Assembly (NCBI GenBank): GCA_964636355.1 | Contig: CAZWRG010000002.1 | Coordinates: forward strand, 32,746 to 96,745 | Source of the DNA: an uncultured Candidatus Saccharibacteria bacterium | GTDB taxonomy: Bacteria; Patescibacteriota; Saccharimonadia; Saccharimonadales; JAGQNK01 | DNA: 64,000 nt | Direction: 5' to 3' | Shown here: one piece after another, positions 1-8,028 of the stretch | Layout: each line of letters opens with the position of its first letter | Numbering within the stretch: position 1 is the stretch's first letter | The notes under the pieces: model-generated | What the model was told of the DNA's origin: nothing | Seen by the model: the letters and a program-made list of their open reading frames with translations, nothing else | Database searches by the model: none | Program-made: the position numbers and the translations under genes

Positions 1-55
1 AAAAGTCGTCGCCGGCGAAACCACCCTCGAAGAAGTCTATCGGGTGATCGGCTAG
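1..55 (+). CDS. 3' end of a CDS entering from upstream; tail resembles GspE/PilB-type secretion/pilus ATPase C-terminus
   Basis: Frame 2 reads ...KVVAGETTLEEVYRVIG-stop (stop 53-55). The G-x-T-[TS]-LEEV-x-RV tail is typical of GspE/PilB ATPases. Only 18 codons are visible. Confidence 0.3.
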   Translation, partial: KVVAGETTLEEVYRVIG

Positions 56-103
56 TAATTTTAATTACAGATTACATTTATTAAAATATGTTAAGGTTTG
101 AAT

Positions 104-369
104 ATGAGCCGGGAATGGATGATTCAAGCTTATTGTCGAGACGATACAAAGCAGTCAAATATGCTTGATCTATTCTTTCCGGAATCTTTTGAGAGAGAAG
201 AAGACAGGCTTCAGCGTGAGTCTTTGGCTAAAGCGATATGCGCGCCCAATGTGTGGTAAGAACTGAATGCTTGAACTACGCTCTTACTTATGAACAGCAG
301 AGTGATGGGGTGTGGGGCGGTCTAAACAAAGAAGAAAGAGGCCGGCTCATTGACTCCAAGGCTTCCTAA
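104..369 (+). pseudogene. WhiB-like (Wbl) Fe-S transcription factor interrupted by a frameshift at ~248-249
   Basis: Frame 2 (104-259) reads MSREWMIQAYCRDD..MLDLFFPES..AKAICAPNVW-stop. Frame 1 (250-369) reads CVVRTECLNYALTYEQQSDGVWGGLNKEERGRL... Joined, they give C-x34-C-x2-C-x5-C plus the GVWGG turn and a basic tail. Two extra nt (aa, 248-249) split the CxxC. Confidence 0.7.
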
Positions 370-371
370 TC

Positions 372-1505
372 TTAATTTATAACTTTTGCGATTTCGGGGA
401 CTAACCGATGGTCTAGGTTGTTGGGGATTATCATGTCTGGAGTTGGATTTTCAACGAGTTCGGCAATCACTTCGGCGGCGGCAATTTTATGATCATCAGT
501 GATTTTTGAGACCTGATTATCAAGTGCTCCCCGGAAAATTCCAGGAAAAGCCAGGGAGTTATTGACTTGGTTAGGAAAATCGCTGCGGCCGGTGGCCATA
601 ACTGCAACGCCGGCAGCTTTGGCGTCTTCGGGCATAATTTCGGGAACGGGATTGGCCATGGCGAAGATAATCGGATCCGGCGCCATCGACTTAACCATAT
701 CAGCCGACAGTAAGCCAGCCTTTGAGACTCCAATGAAAATATCGGCATCTCTAAGTGCGTCCTCCAAGCTGCCGCTAACATTATCGTGATTTGTAAACTC
801 TAAAAGTCTTCTCTTTTCACTATTTAGGTCTTCTCGATTAGCGCTGATGATTCCTTTGCTATCGACGGCCAAAATCTCAGGCTCAGCATAGAGATTTAGA
901 AGTTTCATAATTGCTGTTCCGGCAGCTCCAGCTCCAACACAAACAATTCGACAGTCTTTGAGGTTGCGCCCAGTTACTTTCATGGCATTTATCAAACCAG
1001 CCAATACAACCACAGCTGTGCCGTGTTGGTCATCGTGAAACACCGGAATATTTAGTTCAGACTTAAGCCGTTCTTCTACTTCAAAACAAATTGGCGCGGC
1101 AATATCCTCTAAATTAATTCCGCCAAAGCTTGGAGCTATGGCCTTAACGGCAGCAACGATTTCATCGGCTGAATGAACATCTAAAATGATCGGAACTGCA
1201 TCAATTCCAGCAAAATGCTTAAACAGCATGGCCTTGCCCTCCATGACCGGCAGCGCGCCATAAGGTCCAATATTTCCCAGTCCCAGAACTGCTGAACCGT
1301 CCGAAACAACTGCTACAGAGTTGTTGAGCCAAGTATAGTCACGGGCTTGGTCTGGGTTTTCGGCCACAAAGCTAGAAACCGCGCCCACTCCAGGCGTGTA
1401 ATAAATGCTGAGCTTTTCCTGAGTATCAAGTTTATCTTTTAGCTCAATACTTAACTTTCCACCGAGTTGTTTGTGTTTGTCTAGAGCGATTTTCGTATAA
1501 TCCAT
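372..1505 (-). CDS. NAD(P)-dependent malic enzyme (short ~377 aa form)
   Basis: Motifs YTPGVG, GLGNIGPYGALPVMEGKA, FGGINLEDI, FHDDQHGTA and VGAGAAGTA are present. The ORF-track start (1550) was trimmed to the ATG at 1505 (MDYTKIALDKH...). Confidence 0.9.
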   Translation of the reverse strand: MDYTKIALDKHKQLGGKLSIELKDKLDTQEKLSIYYTPGVGAVSSFVAENPDQARDYTWLNNSVAVVSDGSAVLGLGNIGPYGALPVMEGKAMLFKHFAGIDAVPIILDVHSADEIVAAVKAIAPSFGGINLEDIAAPICFEVEERLKSELNIPVFHDDQHGTAVVVLAGLINAMKVTGRNLKDCRIVCVGAGAAGTAIMKLLNLYAEPEILAVDSKGIISANREDLNSEKRRLLEFTNHDNVSGSLEDALRDADIFIGVSKAGLLSADMVKSMAPDPIIFAMANPVPEIMPEDAKAAGVAVMATGRSDFPNQVNNSLAFPGIFRGALDNQVSKITDDHKIAAAEVIAELVENPTPDMIIPNNLDHRLVPEIAKVIN

Positions 1506-1606
1506 AAAAACTATTGTATGGCTTTGTTTATAGAAAACAAAAACATTCATGAATTTTGATTAGACTGTTGACCCCAGGTGGTAAATGGTGTAGAGTTGTA
1601 TGGTCT

Positions 1607-2053
1607 ATGCAATCAGTAATTCAAAAAATCAATCAGAAATTCATGAAACCAGAAGTCGTCGATGTGCGCTCTGGCGATACGGTTAAAGTTCATCAGAAAA
1701 TTCGCGAAGGCAGCAAAGAGCGAGTTCAGATTTTTCAAGGTCTAGTAATTAGAGTTGATCGCAAGGGCAGCCACACCAGTCGTATTGTGGTGCGTAAGAT
1801 TGCCAGCGGTGTTGGCGTAGAGAAAAGTTTTCTGCTTCACAGCCCTCTGGTTGTAAAAGTTGAAGTGACTAAGCGAAGCAAAGTTCGCCGTAATTATCTT
1901 ACTTACATGCGTGACCGAACCGGCAAATCTGCGCGTTTGGCTAGTGTTGATTTTGATAAAACCGCAGTTAATACTGTCAAGGACGTCGAGTCCGAGCAGC
2001 CAGCTCCTGAAGCCGAGGCATCAGCAGAAGCTTCTGAAGAAAAAGAAGCCTAA
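1607..2053 (+). CDS. rplS: 50S ribosomal protein L19 with acidic C-terminal tail
   Basis: Reads MQSVIQKINQKFMKPEVVDVRSGDTVKVHQKIREGSKERVQIFQGLVI. Start trimmed from 1556 to the ATG at 1607. The tail reads DVESEQPAPEAEASAEASEEKEA. Confidence 0.9.
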   Translation: MQSVIQKINQKFMKPEVVDVRSGDTVKVHQKIREGSKERVQIFQGLVIRVDRKGSHTSRIVVRKIASGVGVEKSFLLHSPLVVKVEVTKRSKVRRNYLTYMRDRTGKSARLASVDFDKTAVNTVKDVESEQPAPEAEASAEASEEKEA

Positions 2054-2078
2054 ATTATTTTATAAATCGTTGAATTTT

Positions 2079-2106
2079 AAAAGAGCCAGACGGCTCTTTT
2101 TCTTTT
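2079..2106 (+). terminator. intrinsic terminator after rplS
   Basis: Stem agagcc (2082-2087) pairs with ggctct (2092-2097), loop agac, followed by ttttctttttg. Confidence 0.7.
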
Positions 2107-2145
2107 TGCTCCAAATTCCACCATCAATACTCTATAATCTAATAT

Positions 2146-2712
2146 ATGATTGGGATTGATGAGGTCGGTCGGGGTTGCTGGGCAGGTCCGCTTTTGGTAG
2201 TGGCTGCCAGGCTAACCGGCGACTTGCCGGCTGGTCTTACAGACTCTAAGTTGTTATCAAAAGTCAGACGAGAAGAATTATTTTCATCGTTAATAACTAG
2301 CTTCCAGTTTGGGGAAGGCTGGGTTCAGCCCGAGGAAATTGATAAACATGGTTTAGCGGCGGCAATGCGTATTGGGGTTTGCCGAGCATTACTAGCTCTA
2401 AAAGCAGAGCCTGACGAAGAAATTATTATGGACGGCACGGTAAATTACTGTCCGGCAGAGTTTGATAATGTTAAAACTATCGCCAAAGCCGATCAATTAG
2501 AGTCAGTAGTTAGCGCCGCCAGTATTTACGCCAAAGTCACCAGGGATCAGCATATGGAACGGGCGGCAAAATTTCATCCGTATTATGGTTTTGAAAAGCA
2601 TGTTGGCTACGGAACGGCGCTGCACATGAGCGCATTAAAAGTTCACGGTGTCAGCGCCATCCATAGACGCAGCTTCAAGCCAATTAGCGGTATGATGAAG
2701 GTTGAAATATAG
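2146..2712 (+). CDS. rnhB: ribonuclease HII
   Basis: N-terminus reads MIGIDEVGRGCWAGPLLVVAA, followed by the DSK motif. TATAAT at 2133-2138 lies 7 nt before the ATG and there is no SD. Confidence 0.9.
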   Translation: MIGIDEVGRGCWAGPLLVVAARLTGDLPAGLTDSKLLSKVRREELFSSLITSFQFGEGWVQPEEIDKHGLAAAMRIGVCRALLALKAEPDEEIIMDGTVNYCPAEFDNVKTIAKADQLESVVSAASIYAKVTRDQHMERAAKFHPYYGFEKHVGYGTALHMSALKVHGVSAIHRRSFKPISGMMKVEI

Positions 2713-2715
2713 TTA

Positions 2716-3279
2716 ATGAGTTTCTATATTTTGATCTCGTTGCTTCCACCTTTATTTCTTAATATTTGGCATATAATTTTAGTGACAAGGCCGCGAACGA
2801 GTCCTAGGCCATTGACCATCAGTGAACATGCTTCAGAGAGTCAAGCCACATTATTGGCTCATCGCATATTGCATTCGCTGCCAATCATTATGTTAACGCC
2901 CTTTATTGTATGGTTTTTAATCCCAAAAGGGCATATCTATGCTGCAGTGCTGCTTTTTAGTGGTTCATTTTTCGACTCAATAGAGGTTTTAACGCTGAAT
3001 AAGCATTCGGCAGAACTTGATGGCCCTATAAATCTACATAAAGTAACTGCATGGATAATGGCTCTAAGCTACATGGGCTACATGCTTGCAATTAGCAGGG
3101 TAGCGGAAATTAATCCATATATTTATGGTCTTTTCTTTTTGGCATGTGTGCTGCTCATGGTTTTTGCGATTAAGGGTATGTTCAAAGCCTATTTTCTCTT
3201 TATGCAGACTATATTTTTTGTTTTAATGTCCCTTGTAATATTGATGGCCCACATTGCTTTATTGGTAAAAAGTGCATGA
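2716..3279 (+). CDS. hypothetical polytopic membrane protein
   Basis: 187 aa with several long hydrophobic segments and no recognised motif. Tightly packed between rnhB and the yraN-like gene. Confidence 0.5.
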   Translation: MSFYILISLLPPLFLNIWHIILVTRPRTSPRPLTISEHASESQATLLAHRILHSLPIIMLTPFIVWFLIPKGHIYAAVLLFSGSFFDSIEVLTLNKHSAELDGPINLHKVTAWIMALSYMGYMLAISRVAEINPYIYGLFFLACVLLMVFAIKGMFKAYFLFMQTIFFVLMSLVILMAHIALLVKSA

Positions 3280-3611
3280 AGACAAACTATCAATCCGGGC
3301 ATGATGCTGAGAAGTCGGCTGCTGAATACTTGGTCAGCCAGGGATATGAAATTTTAGATATAAATTGGAAGACTCGCTACTGTGAAATCGATATAGTAGC
3401 TAAAAAGGACGGCATCGTATATTTCGTGGAAGTAAAATCCCGTAAAAATACTGATTTTGGTAGCGGGTTAGAATATATTACACCGAAAAAACTCAAACAA
3501 ATGACTTTCGCGGCTGAAATGTGGGTCCAAAGCCAAGTCTGGTCCGGCGATTACCAGTTAGCAGCAATTGCGCTTGATGGACAGCAGGTGACGTTTGTCG
3601 ATGAGCTATAA
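3276..3611 (+). CDS. yraN: YraN/UPF0102 family endonuclease-like protein
   Basis: GHDAEKSAAEYLVSQGYEILDINWKTRYCEIDIVAKKDGIVYFVEVKSRKN matches the family pattern. 4-nt overlap with the upstream ORF. Confidence 0.8.
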   Translation: MKTNYQSGHDAEKSAAEYLVSQGYEILDINWKTRYCEIDIVAKKDGIVYFVEVKSRKNTDFGSGLEYITPKKLKQMTFAAEMWVQSQVWSGDYQLAAIALDGQQVTFVDEL

Positions 3612-3622
3612 GCCAAAAATAA

Positions 3623-3656
3623 CATCCTGAGGTCTGACCTCAGGATGGGTTATTTT
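3623..3656. terminator. bidirectional stem-loop between convergent yraN and pepN
   Basis: catcctgagg (3623-3632) pairs with cctcaggatg (3638-3647), a 10-bp perfect stem with loop tctga. The downstream flank is T-rich. Confidence 0.7.
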
Positions 3657-3731
3657 ATGTTATAATTTTTTGCTAACTCAAAAACATGAAGGGTATTGAA
3701 AGTGGATTATAGAAAAGGGCTTAGTAGCATT

Positions 3732-6284
3732 TTATTTTTGAAAAAAGTTTTTGATTTCTTGTAGGTCGCGTTCTTTCCAGGCAGACTGCCAGGTGAGCAC
3801 TTCAATTCCTTGGTTTATAGCCCGTTCAAAAGCTGGTGTCTTTTTGGGTAGGAAAAAATCTTTAAACTTAACCAGGAAGTCCCGGTTGCTGTAAGCGTTG
3901 GCGGCAAACATTGGGAATCTATAAAAGCTAAGGTCGTCGCCCAAGTTTTCTTCCAGCCAATCCCAATGTTTTTTAATCCATTCCCAGGTTGCGTCGCGTG
4001 CAAAACGGTTTGAGAAACTATACGCTACCCAATATGACACGTCTTGCAACCTAACAGAATCGGAATTGATGAGCTTAAGAGCTCTTTTGATGAGCTCCGG
4101 CTGCTTGAAGTTGGTTAATGCGGCGGCAATAGTGACCCGTTCTTCGCTGGAACTGCTGGCTTCATGAAGCTCAAAAAGTTTATCAAAAGTCGTTTTATCG
4201 CCATGACGAGCCACGCTGGTGTAAATAATGCTTTTAACGTCAGGAGAAATATCCTCAGGTTTGGTCATCGAATTAAATCTATGATGGCACTGCTTGATTG
4301 TTTCAGGGTGATCAGCGCCGGCTGCCAGCCCAAGAATTGTCGGCCTGAGTAGTCTCTGGAAATGGGTTTCATCGTCTTTCGGCTCCCAGCCTAAAATCTC
4401 TAATTGCTTGGCAACTAAGCGGTGGATGTAGGGCTTCATTGATTCTCTTAGCGATTCATCGTCCATCGCTGATCGAGTGGCGGTTATGCCGCTCGCCATG
4501 ACATCCCAAACAGCGTTATCGGATTCTTCTTTGAAGTATTCCAGGAACTTAAAAGCTTCTACAGTTTGGCTCTTGCCAGCTTTCGCTGTTTCAAAAACGT
4601 CACTTAAAATGCCTAGCCTATCTAGTGGCGAAAGTTCACCTTTATCAATTAGCTGACCTAGTCGCGCTAGATGCTCCCGGTCATAAGTCACCCTGTAAAA
4701 ACCGCTTTGTCCGCGGTTAAGTTTGAAATTAGAATTATCCTTAAGAGCGAAGGTTTTAGACTCAGTACTGAGCAGTTCTGGAATGTCTGAATTATTGGCT
4801 AGTAAAGCGATTGGCCAGGTGTCTGATGAGGTTTTTTGAGTTTCTGGATTAATGAAAAACCGTTGCTGTTTGAGTTCAACAGAGCCTGGGTTTAGCTTTG
4901 CTTCGACTATCGGGAAACCGGACTGAGAAGTCCATTTGTGCATGAAATCCTTAACTGGTTTGCCAGATACTTCCTCTAGAGCTTTCCAAAGATCAACCGT
5001 GTCGGTATTGCCGTATTCGTGTTTTTTCAGATAATGACGCAAACCATCACGGAAAGTTTCAGCGCCCAAATAATCATTTAACATATGAATCGCGCTGGCG
5101 CCTTTGCTGTAACTGATGGTGTCAAAAATTGACCTAATTTCATCGGGGTGATTAATTGGCACTTCAATCGGGTGAGTGTGCTCCAAAGCATCAAGTTTAA
5201 AGGCCCGATGCTGTTCGTCGACGGCAAATTGTGTCCACATTTGCCACTCCGGGAAAATATGATCAACCGCCAGGTATTCAATCCAGCTGGCAAAACCTTC
5301 ATTTAGCCAGAGATCGGTCCACCAGCGCATGGTCACTAAGTTTCCAAACCACTGATGAGCTAATTCATGAGCTACCACCATGGCTACATATTGCTTGGTT
5401 GAAACGCTGGTTTTTTTAGGATCAACCAGCATAGTGTGTTCGCGGTAGGTGACCAGACCCCAGTTTTCCATGGCGCCTGACGCAAAATCTGGCAGAGCCA
5501 CCATGTCCAGTTTAGGCAGCGGATATTTGATATCGAAATATTGATTGTAAAATTCCAGGCATTTAACGGCGACGTCCAGGGCAAAATCGGTGTAGTCAAC
5601 GTTGTCAGGCGTGGCGTAAGTGCGAACCGTCACGCCATCTTTGGTAACAGCTTCTTTATAAGACATATTGCCGTAAACAAAAGCCAGTAAATAAGTGCTC
5701 ATCTTTGGGGTGGTTTCAAAAGAGGTGGTCACGAAATCGCCTTCGACAGCTTCTTTTTTAACAGGTGTATTGGCAATTACTTTTTCGCCGTTTGGAGTTG
5801 TAAGCGTCAGGTCAAAAGTTGCCTTGGCCTGTGGCTCATCAATGCAAGGGAAAACTTCTCTGGCGTGATGACTTTCAAACTGGGTGGCGATCAATTGTTG
5901 TTTTTTGCCAGCGTGCTCGAAAAAACAGGGGTAAATGCCATTCATCGCTCGAGTAATTTTACCCTTAAATTTGAGCTTGATGGTGTATTTGCCGGGGTAT
6001 AAAACCTCCGAGGTGTGGAGTCTTACTTCATCAGAGCTTCTGTGGTGGTTTATGCGGCTGACTTTAATTGTAAGCTCGCCGGATTTATCGTGTTTTATTA
6101 TTTCGGCATCGGTAATTTTTAAATCTTTTTGGTGGAGGGTGATTCTTTGGCTGGGACGTGAGGTCTTTTTGCCGCTCAGCGTTAAGGAGCCGCTAAAATC
6201 CTTATGTTCGCGCCGTGGTTTTAGGTGCAGATCATAATGTTCTGGTTGATAGTCAGTGTATAAATGCTTTAAATTTTTCCCCAT
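3732..6284 (-). CDS. pepN: M1-family aminopeptidase N
   Basis: GAMENWGL exopeptidase motif and HELAHQWFGNLVT..x..WLNEGFA zinc site; 850 aa. Confidence 0.9.
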   Translation of the reverse strand: MGKNLKHLYTDYQPEHYDLHLKPRREHKDFSGSLTLSGKKTSRPSQRITLHQKDLKITDAEIIKHDKSGELTIKVSRINHHRSSDEVRLHTSEVLYPGKYTIKLKFKGKITRAMNGIYPCFFEHAGKKQQLIATQFESHHAREVFPCIDEPQAKATFDLTLTTPNGEKVIANTPVKKEAVEGDFVTTSFETTPKMSTYLLAFVYGNMSYKEAVTKDGVTVRTYATPDNVDYTDFALDVAVKCLEFYNQYFDIKYPLPKLDMVALPDFASGAMENWGLVTYREHTMLVDPKKTSVSTKQYVAMVVAHELAHQWFGNLVTMRWWTDLWLNEGFASWIEYLAVDHIFPEWQMWTQFAVDEQHRAFKLDALEHTHPIEVPINHPDEIRSIFDTISYSKGASAIHMLNDYLGAETFRDGLRHYLKKHEYGNTDTVDLWKALEEVSGKPVKDFMHKWTSQSGFPIVEAKLNPGSVELKQQRFFINPETQKTSSDTWPIALLANNSDIPELLSTESKTFALKDNSNFKLNRGQSGFYRVTYDREHLARLGQLIDKGELSPLDRLGILSDVFETAKAGKSQTVEAFKFLEYFKEESDNAVWDVMASGITATRSAMDDESLRESMKPYIHRLVAKQLEILGWEPKDDETHFQRLLRPTILGLAAGADHPETIKQCHHRFNSMTKPEDISPDVKSIIYTSVARHGDKTTFDKLFELHEASSSSEERVTIAAALTNFKQPELIKRALKLINSDSVRLQDVSYWVAYSFSNRFARDATWEWIKKHWDWLEENLGDDLSFYRFPMFAANAYSNRDFLVKFKDFFLPKKTPAFERAINQGIEVLTWQSAWKERDLQEIKNFFQK

Positions 6285-6312
6285 ATAGACCAGTGTACCT
6301 CGGAGCTAGCGA

Positions 6313-6342
6313 TTGACACAAGCCAGCAGGTTAATGTATGAT
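6313..6342 (+). promoter_or_regulatory. candidate sigma70-type promoter for nusA
   Basis: TTGACA (6313-6318), 18-nt spacer, TATGAT (6337-6342). A small hairpin with a T6 run (agtcg..cgactttttt, ~6358-6383) lies in the leader. Confidence 0.4.
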
Positions 6343-6457
6343 AGATTTGTTCTGATTAGTCGGCCAGCAGGTCGACTTTTTTCATGCCTTTCATGTAGAA
6401 ACCAACAAAGCTACCTGAAATTGACAAATAAATACAAGCTAGATAAGGAGAAAAATA

Positions 6458-7642
6458 ATGGATTTAGATGTAAAACAATTGGCCCTGGCTGTCAAAGCAA
6501 TCGCTGAGGAAAAGAATCTGCCAGCTGATACTGTGCAAGAAGTCGTTGAGCAGGCGCTGGCGGCTGCCTATAAGCGTGATTATGGCGACCGTGAACAGGA
6601 AGTGCGAATCAGCATGAATGTTCATAGCGGTGAGGTTGATGCTTATGTGACCAAAGAAGTCGTTGAGCGGGTTGGTGATGAACACTTTGAAATCAGCTTA
6701 AAAGACGCTCAGGTTATGAAAAAGAACGCCAAAGTTGGTGATGAAATTGAAGTTCACCAAAAAGTAGAAAACTTTGGACGTGTCGCTGCTCAAACTGCCA
6801 AGCAGGTTGTACTTCAAAGACTGCGAGAGGCGGAGCGTGAGATCATCGTTGATGAGTACGAGGACAAAATCGGCACGGTTATCAACGGTATTGTTGGTCG
6901 GGTAGAGGGCCGAATTGTACGAGTTGACCTCGGTAAAGCTCAGGGAATTATGCCGATGAGCGAACAGATTCAAGGTGAAAGATATTATCCTGGGCAGCGC
7001 CTAAAAGTCTACTTAAAAGATGTTGAACGAGGCATGCGAGGCCCGCAGTTGGTGGTGTCCAGGGGCAATACTGAATTCGTGGAGTGGCTATTTAGGGCCG
7101 AAGTTCCGGAGATGGAAACTGGCGCCGTAGAAATTAGTGGTATTTCGCGTGAAGCTGGCGTGCGCAGCAAGATTGCAGTTCGCAGCACAGTTCAAGGCGT
7201 GGATCCGGTTGGTACATTTGTGGGCGGTCACGGCACTCGCGTAAATGCGGTGATGAGTGAAATTGGCGAACAGGAAAAGATTGACATTGTAGTTTGGGAC
7301 GAAGATCCAAAAACTTACATCGTTAACGCCTTAAGTCCAACCAAAGTTGATAAGGTGGAGCTTGATGAGGCTAATAAAAAAGCTAAAGTTACTGTTCCCG
7401 AGGATCAGCTAAGTATTGCCATTGGTAAGGGCGGTCAAAATGTTCGACTGGCTAGCAAGCTGACCGGATATGAGATCGATATCAACTCGTCACAATCTGA
7501 TCAGCCGCTGGATGATAAAGCTCCAGCTGATGTTAAGCCAGCTAAACCAGCTGGTCCACAACCACTTGCCGGTCCAAAGCTTAAGAAAAAAGAACAACTC
7601 GAAAGCAGCCTACTGGAAGCTATCGAAGAACACGGCGAATAG
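6458..7642 (+). CDS. nusA: transcription termination/antitermination factor NusA
   Basis: N-terminal domain plus S1 and KH regions recognisable (GRVAAQTAKQVVLQRLREAERE, QLSIAIGKGGQNVRLASKLTGYEIDI). SD aaggag lies upstream. Confidence 0.9.
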   Translation: MDLDVKQLALAVKAIAEEKNLPADTVQEVVEQALAAAYKRDYGDREQEVRISMNVHSGEVDAYVTKEVVERVGDEHFEISLKDAQVMKKNAKVGDEIEVHQKVENFGRVAAQTAKQVVLQRLREAEREIIVDEYEDKIGTVINGIVGRVEGRIVRVDLGKAQGIMPMSEQIQGERYYPGQRLKVYLKDVERGMRGPQLVVSRGNTEFVEWLFRAEVPEMETGAVEISGISREAGVRSKIAVRSTVQGVDPVGTFVGGHGTRVNAVMSEIGEQEKIDIVVWDEDPKTYIVNALSPTKVDKVELDEANKKAKVTVPEDQLSIAIGKGGQNVRLASKLTGYEIDINSSQSDQPLDDKAPADVKPAKPAGPQPLAGPKLKKKEQLESSLLEAIEEHGE

Positions 7643-7647
7643 ATCAA

Positions 7648-7869
7648 GTGTCGGAACGTGACCCGGAGTTAGAATGGCGCTTGGCATATATGACTACCTA
7701 TCGTCCTGATATGTTGGCGGATGATATCGAATTTGTTGAAGAGGCTATACAAATGGATGTAGATTTCGAGCCATTCCGGCAGGTTGGCAACGTTGATAGG
7801 TTGTTGCTAGCTGCGGCAAATCTGGCGGCGGCTGTAAAAAATATGCGACAGCAAGGCTTGGATCCCTAA
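7648..7869 (+). CDS. hypothetical small acidic protein (GTG start)
   Basis: 73-aa ORF directly after nusA. No clear SD and no recognised motif. Confidence 0.3.
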   Translation: MSERDPELEWRLAYMTTYRPDMLADDIEFVEEAIQMDVDFEPFRQVGNVDRLLLAAANLAAAVKNMRQQGLDP

Positions 7870-7917
7870 AAGTATCTTTTATTTGAAATTATCACACTTG
7901 GCCAATATCCTCATGAT

Positions 7918-7956
7918 TTAGCACTCTTGACTTGGGAGTGCTAATTTTGTTACTAT
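7918..7956 (+). promoter_or_regulatory. perfect CIRCE inverted repeat overlapping the clpC promoter
   Basis: TTAGCACTC (7918-7926), N9, GAGTGCTAA (7936-7944). The N9 spacer contains TTGACT (7927-7932), and TACTAT (7951-7956) follows 18 nt later. Confidence 0.8.
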
Positions 7957-8028
7957 GTATTTGTGACAATTTACGCTGAATATGAGAATACGATTCTTTT
8001 ATAATAAACGGTGGAGGGATGAATAAAT

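Noticed and set aside
1556-1606. N-terminal extensions in the ORF track (rplS from 1556, malic enzyme to 1550, rpsG from 38020, rplC from 43711, rplR from 51315)
   Set aside because: The conserved N-termini begin at internal ATGs (1607, 1505, 38050, 43750, 51453). Those ATGs have proper SD or junction context. The extensions overlap upstream genes or spacers.
6313-6507. 64-aa plus-strand ORF upstream of and overlapping nusA
   Set aside because: It covers the candidate promoter and leader of nusA and runs out of frame into nusA. It has no SD and no motif.
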